DNA from: Myxococcota bacterium
GTDB lineage: Bacteria; Myxococcota_A; SURF-8
Reading direction: 5' to 3'
DNA: 64,000 nt
NCBI GenBank assembly: GCA_965140415.1
Contig: OZ223209.1
Coordinates: 1,888,001 to 1,952,000 of the forward strand
Positions 45,301 to 54,800 of this stretch are shown piece by piece. Position 1 is the stretch's first letter; every line of letters begins with the position of its first letter. The notes under the pieces were generated by a model that was given only the letters and a program-made list of their open reading frames with translations, made no database searches and was not told where the DNA came from. The position numbers and the translations under genes are program-made.

Positions 45301-46237
45301 TAATCAGAGATTTGGTGTCCGAATCGTTCTGGCGTTCATTGCTGATATTCACCTGCATCAGTTGCGCCTCACCAACCGGCGTCAGACCATACAGGCAGGC
45401 ATCGGCATATTGATCGGGTGGAACCAGGGTCGGATCATCGTCGCATTCGACTTTGATGACCGCGTCACCCTTTTCCTGGCTGCGCAGGGGAATGTATTTT
45501 ACTCCGGCATTGGAGCCGATCAGCAGAATAGCGCAATCCAGACCAGGATTGTCGGGAGCATAGTCGACGGTGATATGGTGTGAATCTTCCGGGGCCAGTT
45601 CTTTTACGTTGTTTGTGCTGGAATAGCCTTCGCGAATCGAAAACTCCGACGTATCGCCGCGCTCTGTACAGTCGGGCCAGTCTGGGAAATCGTCTCTGGC
45701 CTGGTAGGGGATAATGTCGGTGGCGTTGATTTCCAGAATGTCAACTCCGGCGTTAAAGACGGAAATTTCTTTCGAAACCAAATGTTGACGAGGCACTGCA
45801 CCGAAATCGACCTGTGACGGATCGACGCCCAGCACGGGACTCTCGGTGTTTTTATCACCGTCCGTTATATTGTTGTCACCATCGGTGATGCTGTCTTCAT
45901 CGCCGTCCACCGGACAGACGCAACGATTGATCTGGCAGTAGCAACCTGCGCCCAGATCGGCGCAATCGACGCTGCTATCGCACATCGGTACCGCGCAGTA
46001 TTTGCCTTCGCCGGTATCCACGCAAACGCGGCCAGTGCCGCAGTCGTCATCCGTGCTGCATATCCCACCGATGTCGACGTAATTTTCCAATTCGATATCG
46101 ACATCGCCATCTCCCGGATCGGAGCTGCTGCCGTCGCTGGAGCAGGCGGTGAACAGAAGAAGGAGGGAGGCAATTACCATCATCCAGCCAACACCTGCGC
46201 GATTGATCCATTGCATCGATACTGTCCTCGTTTTCAT
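42302..46237 (-). CDS. Giant surface lipoprotein A: DGD stalk, tandem ASH/choice-of-anchor-D Ig-like domains, two PKD-like domains, YfaP-like C-terminal domain
   Basis: Lipobox FTAC; repeats of P...DFG.V......I.N.G...L.I; PKD motifs LDGWSSYDPD and FDGSLSSDPDGTISEYRW...YTF...GTY.VSL.V.DN.G; C-terminal EMVW....DVDLH..KPG. Confidence 0.8.
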   Translation of the reverse strand: MKTRTVSMQWINRAGVGWMMVIASLLLLFTACSSDGSSSDPGDGDVDIELENYVDIGGICSTDDDCGTGRVCVDTGEGKYCAVPMCDSSVDCADLGAGCYCQINRCVCPVDGDEDSITDGDNNITDGDKNTESPVLGVDPSQVDFGAVPRQHLVSKEISVFNAGVDILEINATDIIPYQARDDFPDWPDCTERGDTSEFSIREGYSSTNNVKELAPEDSHHITVDYAPDNPGLDCAILLIGSNAGVKYIPLRSQEKGDAVIKVECDDDPTLVPPDQYADACLYGLTPVGEAQLMQVNISNERQNDSDTKSLIITSIRLEDSLNENYEIDQQSIDWNGNGNQVWLSPGETETITMVYQPRNQDEHTATLLITHNDDRDDIENPLRVTFYGIGVVPQMVVQPSPINFGSVSANDCKSVTTLICNRGGADLQVDSAVLRNVTDPETDVFRLDLDPDIDGTENIPDVVSPGLCNPEDEAIAIEVLCCPRGEESYSNFLDIRSNDLAFDNNLMPVPLTCTGTMPDCQISPLDLNFGSVQVGSQKMMTVIVKNPGQATLHIDDAYITGSLNFSLDNTLSLPQEILPRSDALNINVFFLATSQGNFQGELHIIPRDGDCEETVIPLFATAIVPQIQGPTECVTWNDVQVPPADMTGEELEEGGWIEHKQILLTNPGSDTLNIGEIKLPAFFGDEFKIVHPPLPTPIPPGGTFGIDVSYIPDSYGEDNAYIIVCSNASNASGSDFSCNDSTLTPHEICLVGNAISPQLNVTATSTSATITPVGCAARWLNVTYMPDMEPLSTLVTLTNNGTGPVRITDIDMGFAIDEDIYIPEGGIQPPMDEWPETGYELNNGDWITVTVFYKPSADGNDSRTLDIHHNDKDAACLGSDAGDDYPIWYYRFSGSSSGNTDPVAIVKSPPGVPSGQNGTRQIVVNLGEEINLDGWSSYDPDDDPETAVAEDSLTWFEWTVDDTDKVTFTSAVTEGTAQEAGLVSARFDYTGEYKIQLRVRDTRNAWSSTVDLDSQLTVLVQQAPTAKAYAKLCDDPNFSTSMRVEAGTTACFDGSLSSDPDGTISEYRWYVQELGGQSANFAVGSSPSSSYTFTQTGTYYVSLIVVDNEGNLSDPNVDLQEEVTIEVFKDEALKIEMVWSGQGDVDLHFLKPGGYIDTNADCNAANPMPNWGTCGIPQFTQSSSNGIAPEVVEHDNPCDGMYGVAAKFITPLQDCGYVRDCRWFYDDCEICDCDCKPFCLVLRICCNDCEDCVDEYVCEDIAADLTFRVFAGDSQYPTFTVTGSSRVVEHAGDVYQFNLWRQNGEWLNVQ

Positions 46238-46303
46238 GTTAAACCCCGTATTGCCGCCGATAAACAGAAGGCGGCCCGCTGGCTGCAAATCATAATTCGT
46301 CAC

Positions 46304-49300
46304 TTACATCTCCGGGTAAACATCGGCTTTGAAGCCGTCTTCTCCGTCGTAGCCGTACACGGCATCCCCAGGGGAGCCACCAAAACCGGGACGACCCAGG
46401 CTAAAGGTGTTCTCGCCGTCCATGGTGGGCTGCGAGGTTCCAGCGCGATAGATGCCGATGCACAGACCGCCTGCACCGCCGCCACCCGAGCCGCCGTCGC
46501 CGCCCCAGCCGCCATTGCCGCCCGGACCGCCGGCTTTGCCTTCGTCGTAGCCTTCGCCGCCGGGAGCGCCATCGCCGCCGCGACCGCCTTCGCCGCCCTG
46601 GCGACCGTTGCCGCCATTGCCGCCGTTATCGGTGTTGAATTCGCAACTGATGATAAAGGGTGAACTGTCGTAGAGGAACAGCGCGAAGGAGGAACCGCCG
46701 CCTTCGCCGCCGCCGCCGCCGGTGCCGCCGCAACCGCCGCCACCGCCGCCGCCGCCGGTGCCGCCCCAGTCTTCACAGGTCAACGTGGAGTGGCTGGAGC
46801 CGCCACCGCCGCCGCCACCGCCGCCGCCGCCGTTACCGCCGGCGCTGCCGTGCTGGCCGTCGTTCGGTTCCCACAGACCTTCGGTCAGGTAGCCTTCGTT
46901 TGTACCACCTTCTCCTTGTGCTCCGTTGTAGCCGTCGGAGCCGCTTTGCCCCTGTGAGCCGTAGCTTCCGGTATGTCCGGGACCGCCTTCCGCGCCGCCG
47001 ACACCGCTGCCGCCGGTATATCCCGCGCAGGAACTGCCGCCCGTTTTGCAGGAATAGCCGCCATTGCCGCCGGTCGCATCGCAGTTGGAACGACCACCTA
47101 CGCCGACGTTGGGACGTCCTTCCTTGTTGCAGTAGAAGGTGCTGTCGTCTTCGCGTCCGCTCTGACCGCTGGTGCCGCTGTAGCCGACTTCACCGTTTTC
47201 TCCGCCGTTGAAGGCGTAGGCTCCCTCGCGCCCTGCACCGGCGAAAACACGTACATTTTCAAGTACAAGGCCGTTGCTGCTGCGCGAGTAGATCCCGTAG
47301 CTGCTCTTGTTGCTGTCGGAGCCGTTATCGGCGTAAATCGTGACGAATTGCAGCGTGGTGGGATGCATCAGCAGGTTGGCGTCGAGTCCGACCTGACCAC
47401 CCTGGAAAATGCTGGTATGCGTGATGGCGCGTTTCCAGCCGAGCGGTGCTTCGTTCAACTCACCTGAAGTGACCAATTGGCGATATCCGCCGTAAACACT
47501 AATGGTATCCAGCAGTTGCACGCGCTCGAAGTAGGTGCCTTCGGAAACGTATACGTGGATTTTGCCGGAGTTGATGGCGCTGAACACGCCGGTATTGACG
47601 TTACGGAAGGGATTGTCCATGCTGCCGTCGCCGGTCTCGTCGCTGCCGGATTGGCTGACGAAGATGGCGCGTTCGATCATGCCGTCGATGCCGTCGCAGT
47701 TGCTGTCTTTAAAGTCCATATCCGGCTCGTCCCAGCTATCTTCGTAGTCGCACTGATACTCACAGCCGGGAACGTCGGGCGACAGATCGTACCAGCCTTC
47801 CTCGCATTCGCTAGCGATTCCGAAGACTTCCACGAAGTGGGTCAGATCGTGGGTGCTGGAAGACTTGGCCGGGATGCGAATAATGGATTTATGCTGGATG
47901 CTGTCGCTGGTGCCATGTTCGGTCGGTTCGTAATTCAACGTCAACCGGATGCGTTGATCCCCCGCCAGTGCAATACACCCTGTAAAATCTTCCGTGCCGT
48001 TATCACAACCGCTGGGCAATACCTGTCCGGCGTCGGGATTGGTGATGGAGAAGGTGCCATCCGGTGTGCTGGTGTCGTTTTGCATGTCGATGCAGCAAAC
48101 GTAAGCGGATGTACCCGCCGGACCGCAGTTGTAGATTTCAAAATCCTTGGGAGTGGCGCTCGCTCCGCCGGAACCGGAACCGAAACGAACCACACCGAAA
48201 TCGATGGGCGTTGTGGGTTGGGTGCAGATGGTTGCACCGACACCGGTACCGGCTAGTGGAATCTGGAAAATGTTGTTTCCCGGCGCATTCGATAGAATTT
48301 CCAGGTAAGCCTGTTCGCTACCCTGCCGGTTGGGAAGATAGCTGACTTTGACCTGGATACAGTCGTTGCCGTCGATGGCATCTTCCGCTGTAGGCAGCGT
48401 AATGGGGAGCGTGGCGTCCATGACCTGGTAAATAAAGGCCAGCGCCTCGGGAGGTTCGATACCCACTTCCTCGATGTTCAATTCATAGCCGCCGCAGTTG
48501 CAGACTTCCACATACTCGCTGGCGCGGGTATCCAGGGCGACTTCACCAAAGAGCACCGGGTAGGGGGTGGCGCAGATGCGCGGCTGTACACCTTCGCAAA
48601 TGACATCGATTTCAAATAAGGGATTATTACTGTCGTTGGTTTCGAAGATCAACGTGTTGGTGTGTTCTCCCTCGCGGATCGGGTGACAAGTGATCGGCAG
48701 ATCGGTCTGTTGACCCGGCGCAAGCAAAATTTCACCTTGATCGTTCAAGACACTGTCTTCGATTTCGAAATTCAGATCCTCGGGCGCGTCGAAGCGGAAG
48801 TTTCTCGCGATCATGGTTTTGTTGTCGCTGTCGCCCACACGCCGGTTTTCGATCGTCACCGGCAATGTGCGGAAACTCTCCAGCCGAACCCGTTCGAAGT
48901 CCAGTGGGCTGGGCGGTTCGGGCGTGGTGTAGGCGTGGACTTCACCTTTTTCTCGGGAAACGAGATCGACGTAGAAGCGCGAAATCGGTTCGCCGGTAAC
49001 GATGACTTCCATCGAACCGGTGTCTGCCCCAGGATTATTGGGAGTATAGTGAACCAGCACTTTCCAACTGGAGCCGACCGGCAGGCAGACGGACTGTCCG
49101 TCTTCCAGCACATCTTCCTCGTCGATGTAAAATTCTGCGAATTCTTCCGTATTTTGATCCAGCGCGTAGATGAGGCAGGCTTCGCGCGTAGGTCCGATGT
49201 TTTCGAAAGTGATTTCGCATTCACCGGTCATGCCGAATGCTACCGAACCGAAATCGCAGGGATTGGTGTAAATGACCTGTGGATCGGCGGGCTGCTCCGA

Positions 49301-49786
49301 AATTTCAATGTCTTTGTCGCCATCGACGACTACTGCATCCGTGTCACCGTCGGTGCCATCCAGGTCGCCATCTGTTTCGTTACGCGGGACACACTCGCCA
49401 GTGGTATGGTCACAGACGTAATGCTCGACGTAAATGCAATCCGCATCGGTTTCACAGAATTTCGGACAGGAAGCGTCGTTGCAAAAATCTTCCGGCAGGC
49501 AGTAGCCTTCCGAAAAATCCGATCCCGGCGGTGCGAAGTTGACACAGCGCATGTTCGGTTCGAGGCAGTCGCCCACCATGACGCAGGGAGCGGCGCAGAT
49601 CGGGTCCAGGAAACCGTCTTCCGGTCCGATGCAGGCTTCGCCTGGTCCGCAGGTATCGCAGACATCTCCGGTGATGTCGCCATCGGTATCACCGTCCGTG
49701 CTGGCGGAGTCACCGCCACTGCATCCGGTTAGCACGAGCATGAAGACGATCAGGAAAAGTACTCCCCATTTCTTTACTGCGTACAT
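46304..49786 (-). CDS. Giant surface lipoprotein B: DGD stalk, ASH/Ig-like domains, MopE-like CDG.D motif, DUF1565-like and Gly-rich (PGRS-like) C-terminal region
   Basis: Start MYAVKKWG at 49786 (GGGAG SD); lipobox LTGC; DFG.V repeats; DSNCDGIDG...IFVS..GSD..GDGS..NPF; poly-Gly C-terminus. Confidence 0.8.
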   Translation of the reverse strand: MYAVKKWGVLFLIVFMLVLTGCSGGDSASTDGDTDGDITGDVCDTCGPGEACIGPEDGFLDPICAAPCVMVGDCLEPNMRCVNFAPPGSDFSEGYCLPEDFCNDASCPKFCETDADCIYVEHYVCDHTTGECVPRNETDGDLDGTDGDTDAVVVDGDKDIEISEQPADPQVIYTNPCDFGSVAFGMTGECEITFENIGPTREACLIYALDQNTEEFAEFYIDEEDVLEDGQSVCLPVGSSWKVLVHYTPNNPGADTGSMEVIVTGEPISRFYVDLVSREKGEVHAYTTPEPPSPLDFERVRLESFRTLPVTIENRRVGDSDNKTMIARNFRFDAPEDLNFEIEDSVLNDQGEILLAPGQQTDLPITCHPIREGEHTNTLIFETNDSNNPLFEIDVICEGVQPRICATPYPVLFGEVALDTRASEYVEVCNCGGYELNIEEVGIEPPEALAFIYQVMDATLPITLPTAEDAIDGNDCIQVKVSYLPNRQGSEQAYLEILSNAPGNNIFQIPLAGTGVGATICTQPTTPIDFGVVRFGSGSGGASATPKDFEIYNCGPAGTSAYVCCIDMQNDTSTPDGTFSITNPDAGQVLPSGCDNGTEDFTGCIALAGDQRIRLTLNYEPTEHGTSDSIQHKSIIRIPAKSSSTHDLTHFVEVFGIASECEEGWYDLSPDVPGCEYQCDYEDSWDEPDMDFKDSNCDGIDGMIERAIFVSQSGSDETGDGSMDNPFRNVNTGVFSAINSGKIHVYVSEGTYFERVQLLDTISVYGGYRQLVTSGELNEAPLGWKRAITHTSIFQGGQVGLDANLLMHPTTLQFVTIYADNGSDSNKSSYGIYSRSSNGLVLENVRVFAGAGREGAYAFNGGENGEVGYSGTSGQSGREDDSTFYCNKEGRPNVGVGGRSNCDATGGNGGYSCKTGGSSCAGYTGGSGVGGAEGGPGHTGSYGSQGQSGSDGYNGAQGEGGTNEGYLTEGLWEPNDGQHGSAGGNGGGGGGGGGGGSSHSTLTCEDWGGTGGGGGGGGCGGTGGGGGEGGGSSFALFLYDSSPFIISCEFNTDNGGNGGNGRQGGEGGRGGDGAPGGEGYDEGKAGGPGGNGGWGGDGGSGGGGAGGLCIGIYRAGTSQPTMDGENTFSLGRPGFGGSPGDAVYGYDGEDGFKADVYPEM
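46370..47240 (-). repeat. GGC-rich low-complexity coding tract (G-x-x-G-x-x-G and poly-Gly)
   Basis: Runs of CCG/GCC on + encoding GGGGGGGGGG, GGTGGGGGGGGCGG and GGNGGNGRQGGEGG. Confidence 0.85.
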
Positions 49787-49912
49787 TGGGCAAACTCCCT
49801 TAGGCTGTGGTTCAGCATCGCAGGTCATAAACGACAATTATCCGTTGGTTAAATCTGTTTCCTTCAGGTGATGGTCGCGTCGTGGCTTTCGCGTACACAA
49901 ATACCTTCTAGT

Positions 49913-49942
49913 ACTATATTCCAGATATGGGGCTTTCGTCAA
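49913..49942 (-). promoter_or_regulatory. Putative sigma70 promoter of the lipoprotein B-A operon
   Basis: Minus strand TTGACG-18 nt-TATAGT. Confidence 0.5.
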
Positions 49943-50055
49943 CGTGATTTTGCCTGTTTCGGCAGGATTTATTAGTGAACGAAAATTCACTAAGTGACTG
50001 AAAGAATTGGAGGAATGATACCGTTTCTCCTCCAGTAGTCCGTAGCCATTCTGTT

Positions 50056-50850
50056 TTATTTTCGATAAGAAGAAAGCAACTCGGGCAGAGCGTTCAGCAG
50101 ATGCACCGGTTTGAAGCCGAATTCCTGCTTGATGCGGTCAATGGCAATGCGTGGAAAACGCTGGCTACAGGCATCCGGGTCGACATCGAAACCGATGCCC
50201 AGTTGTGCGGCCAGGGCTTTTAACAGTTCGGCATGGGTCGTATTGCGACCGCTGGCGATGTTGTAAATGCGCCTCTTGCCTTCCAACGAGATGCGCGGCA
50301 ACAGGGCAACCACATCTTCAATGGAAACATAGTCTTTTTCCGAATCCAGCGCACTGCGCAGGCGGATGCGCTTCTTCGTCAAGGCTTCGGTGACAATCGA
50401 ATGCAAAAACGTGTCACTGCTGGGATGATAGCCGAAGACATTGGACAGCCTCACCACGCGCACCTGTTCCTTGGCCGCCATGCACAAGGATTCTCCCATC
50501 AGCTTGGAAATATTGTACAAATCCTCGTCGATGGCCGGTGTAACCTGCAATGTGGCGCGCTCGTCTCCATTGTTTCCGCTGCTATAAACCCGTGTGGAAG
50601 ACAGATACAGCAGCGAGTCGAAATGAGCTTCTACCAGGATGCGGCGCAATTCGCAGACATGCGCCTGCACCGTATCGAACGGTCGCCGTCGAAAATCGGA
50701 AGTGACGCCGATACAGTAGAACACGTGACCCAGTTCACGGTCAGTCAGGCTTTCGTTACGCTCGGGACAGTAGACTTCTTCTCCTGCCTGTTTCAAGCTT
50801 TCAGCCAACCTGGAGCCGATAAACCCCTTTGCACCCAATACGGTGAACAT
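50056..50850 (-). CDS. NAD-dependent epimerase/dehydratase (extended SDR)
   Basis: VLGAKGFIGS, YLSSTRVY, YNISK (YxxxK), RLSNVFG, KDYV. Confidence 0.88.
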   Translation of the reverse strand: MFTVLGAKGFIGSRLAESLKQAGEEVYCPERNESLTDRELGHVFYCIGVTSDFRRRPFDTVQAHVCELRRILVEAHFDSLLYLSSTRVYSSGNNGDERATLQVTPAIDEDLYNISKLMGESLCMAAKEQVRVVRLSNVFGYHPSSDTFLHSIVTEALTKKRIRLRSALDSEKDYVSIEDVVALLPRISLEGKRRIYNIASGRNTTHAELLKALAAQLGIGFDVDPDACSQRFPRIAIDRIKQEFGFKPVHLLNALPELLSSYRK

Positions 50851-51335
50851 CAGTTTCGTTCCCCTTTGACGGTTGCCGGTCGGCCATGGCTGATGGAATA
50901 GGGCGGGAGTTCCCCGACGACCAGTGAATGCGCACCAACCACCGCGCCCTGTCGAATGCGCGCACCATCCAAAATAACGCAGTTGGCGCCGATCCAGACA
51001 TCGTCTTCTATCACGATGCCGCCTTTGGATGGCAAAAAGCCTTGTTCTACAATCAGCCTGTTTTTATAGCGGAAATCGTGGTTCGTGGGTGCCAGGGTGC
51101 AGTTGGCGGCTATGGCAACATGTTTTCCGATGCGGACACCGTTGCCGGTATACATCACGGTTCCGGAATTGATATAGCTGTGTTCGCCAATTACCAGATC
51201 TCCCGAGCCACCCGCCGGTTTGATTTTGACAAAGGAGTCGATCATGACGTCCTCTCCGATATCGATGCGGCTGCCTCGAACCGACTCTTCGATGTCGGCA
51301 AGTTCGGAAATTCTAGCGCTTTTGGCAATACGCAT
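50850..51335 (-). CDS. Hexapeptide-repeat acyltransferase
   Basis: IG.H..I, IVIEDDVWIGANCVILDG..I..GAVVGA.S.V, G.PA; TGATG overlap with the epimerase start. Confidence 0.9.
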   Translation of the reverse strand: MRIAKSARISELADIEESVRGSRIDIGEDVMIDSFVKIKPAGGSGDLVIGEHSYINSGTVMYTGNGVRIGKHVAIAANCTLAPTNHDFRYKNRLIVEQGFLPSKGGIVIEDDVWIGANCVILDGARIRQGAVVGAHSLVVGELPPYSISHGRPATVKGERN

Positions 51336-51830
51336 GGCGTTTTTCTCCCGGCGAAATCTATCAGCTTCGGATGTTTTGACTATGTACGCGGTGTAAAGGG
51401 AAAAGTCAAGCAGGCAAGGTGCGGATGATTAAAAAAACAAAGCAATCCTGCGCACATTGGAGTTGCATGGAGTGACATGGAGCTTCATTTTCGACTGGTG
51501 CTGAAATTCTGCGCTTACACAAACATGACTTATCCAAGCTTCATGAGCCAACAACTTCTTTTCACCCGATTAATCGTTGACAGTCTCTGGGGCATTGCCT
51601 ATCCTGAAGAAAGCAGCTGCGGGCCACGCCACACGAGGAACATCATCTTTCATCGTTACCCGGCAAGGTAGATAGGCCGGAAATTGGTCCTGGTTTCGCT
51701 ATTGTCTTGCCTTAAATGGATTGCCGGTAGAACACCCGCTCAGTCGTTTTTCCTACTTATTCGATCTGATGGGGCCACCGGTAACGAACGTCTGTTTCTT
51801 TTTACGGTGCTTGAAAAGCGGAGTTACGTC

Positions 51831-54800
51831 ATGCTTCGATGTAAACAGATCGTATGGATCATAGTCGTATTATTTGTCGGTTTCGGTTGCACCATCGGAG
51901 GCGGCGATTCGGAGGACGGCGATCAGATCGTGGTGACTCCCGATGGGGACAACTCATCGGTCGACGCCGATTGGAACCAGACGCCCGATGGCGATGCAGA
52001 CCCCGATCCTGTTTTCCCGGAAGATGGAGATCAGGAGACGGATGGGGATGATGTGATCGATGGCGATAGCGATATCGATGCAGACGAAAGTGAAATCGAT
52101 TCTCCGGTGGATGGCGATACGCTGGAAACGGACTCGGATCTGCAACCGGATGGCGATCTAGAACGCTTGGAACAGGATCTGGACTCGGAATCTTGTGACG
52201 AGGACGAATTCGTTCCAGATGGCGATCTGGATATCGAGCCGGAAATCGAAGAAGTCGAATTGGATGAGGAGATTGAAGCAGACGCGGAAGCTGAGTTGGA
52301 GCCGGAAATGGAACCGGAAGCGGATTGGGAGATGGAAACCGATTGCTTCGAGTTCGATTGGGAGCCGGATGAAGAAACGGACGAACCGCTTGTTCCTTGT
52401 TCCAACAATACGGAATGCAATGACGATGTGGTTTGTACGCTGGATATGTGCTTTAACGGATATTGTTATAACCTTATCGACCACTCGCTTTGTTCGCCCG
52501 GTGAGGTGTGCAGTCGTTCACAGGATTGTCAACCCGCTGCCGGGAGATTGTGCGAATCTTGCAGTGTTACGCTGCAAAACTGCCCCCGCTCAAACGATGT
52601 CTGCGCGCCTGCCAATGGCTCGATGAGTGCGTCCTGCTTGTTGCCCTGCGACTCTTACGAAAGCTGCCCGCCGGGATTCACCTGTAACGAAGTGGCGATC
52701 AGTTTCGGTGTGACGCGCTATGCCTGCGAGCCGGATAACCACCTGTGCTGTCTGGATGAAGACGAAGATGGCGCGGGCATCGGTGTGGATTGCGCGGCAT
52801 TCGATTGTGATGAAACAGATGGAGCCATTCGTGAAGGTGTAGCGGAAAGCTGCGATGGTGTTGACAACAATTGCGATGGCTCAACCGACGAGGGCGAAAA
52901 TCTGTGCCCTGCGGCTCATTGTGACGGTAACGGGCAGGATGGATACACGGTCTACGTTGCGTCGAGTTGTGAGGAGGGGCAGTGTTCAACGCCGACCGGG
53001 ACACCCTGCGGTGCTTTTAGCTGTATCGGCGGCGGGAGTGTCGGTGACATCTGCGCGACAAGCTGTACAGATGAGCAGAGCTGCATCGATGGGGCGGCCT
53101 GTCAACAGGGAGTCTGCGTGGCCGTTTTCCAGAACGGTTCCCCTTGTGTGTACAGCAGCAATTGCGAGAGCGGGCATTGTCAGAACGGTTACTGTTGCAG
53201 CGCTGGGGATTGTTGTTCGGCGGTGCAGAATTGCCCGGAAGACTATTCGCGAGCACCTGCTTGCGATACGCCTGAGACTTGCCAGGGATCGCGCCTCGAT
53301 GCGCAGTGTGTTGACTATCAGTGCTCGTCGGTGACGGTTGACGATGACAGCGGCTGCACCGCATTGGAACTGGCACGTAGCTGCGAATGGTTTGCGGATT
53401 TATATTGCAACGGTCAACTCGATCAGGACGTTTTACAATGCCCTGAAACCTGTAGCAGCAACTGGGATTGCGATTCCGGTGCGCATTGCGACGAAATCTG
53501 TGTGGCCGATTTGCCCAATGGCGCAGAATGTGATGAAGTCAGCGATTGCGAGAGTGCGCACTGCCAGAACGGCTACTGTTGTGCCAGCGGCGATTGCTGC
53601 GATCACGCCGCTCATTGCCCGGAGTCTTACGCCGAAGAGGCGATTTGCGACAACCACGTGTCCTGCCAGGGGCATCGACGCGACGCGACTTGCATCGATG
53701 GCAAATGCGGCAGCATCTATGATATCGAGGATGACAGCGCCTGCGATTCGTCCATTGTCAGCAAAACTTGCGGTTACTATCAGCCTGCCACCTGCAATGG
53801 CGACCCGAATCAGAGCGAGCCGAGTTGCCCGACTTTCTGCCAGTCGGATTCGCAGTGTGTCGAGCAGGCGCATTGCGACGGCCAGTGTCAATTGGATTTT
53901 CCCAGCGGTTCTCCCTGTGATGAAGACAGCGATTGCGAAAGCGGACATTGCCAGAACGGATTTTGCTGCGCGGCGGGGGATTGTTGTTACAGCGCCGCCA
54001 ATTGTCCTGCCGGTTACAGCCAGTCGCCCGTCTGCGATGATACCGCGACCTGCCAGGGGCATCGCAATGAAGCGGCTTGCGTGAACAATATCTGCCAGAC
54101 CGGCTCCGCGCTGGATGACGATCGCGGTTGTACCGGCTCTGTATTGGCAAAGAACTGCGGGTATTATCTGCCACGTTACTGTAGCGGTTCCACGGTTCAA
54201 AGTGAACCGCAGTGTCCCGTTTCCTGCACCGGTGATTCGCAGTGTATTGGTGGGGCTCACTGTCAGGGAGGCTTGTGCGTACCGGATCAGGGAATCGGCC
54301 AGGTTTGCAGCGGTACGGATCAATGCAGCGATGGATTATACTGCATTGACGGCGTCTGCTGTTCGAGTGTCTGCGACGGATTGTGTCGGCGCTGTGATCT
54401 GCCTGGGCGCGAGGGAATCTGCTCCAACATCGCATATGGCGACGATCCCGACTTGGAATGTGGCCTGGTGACCTGCGGTGGATATTACTATGGTTGGGAA
54501 GACAACATCTGTTATCGGGCGGCCAACGTTTCCGGTGCGGATGTTTCCTGTAACGGGCAGGGCTCCTGCCAGACGGCGGCGGATCTGTGTTTATCCCAGC
54601 CGCGTGGCGTGCAGGAAATCGTATGCAACGAAACCTGTCAACAACCGGATACAGGCACCTGTACAGGAACTTCTATCGGAGAATGCAATAATTTGGACTT
54701 GGGAAATCTGACCTGCGGTACGGGTGCTTGTCAACGCACGGTGCCTGCTTGTGAAAACGGCGCGGCAAATGTTTGCGTACCGGGAAATCCGGGAAATGAA

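Noticed and set aside
46300-47467. Mycobacterial PE-PGRS transfer, or real overlapping Ala-rich/Arg-rich ORFs
   Set aside because: No PE domain; the Gly-rich tract is part of lipoprotein B and the other ORFs are alternative frames of GGC repeats.
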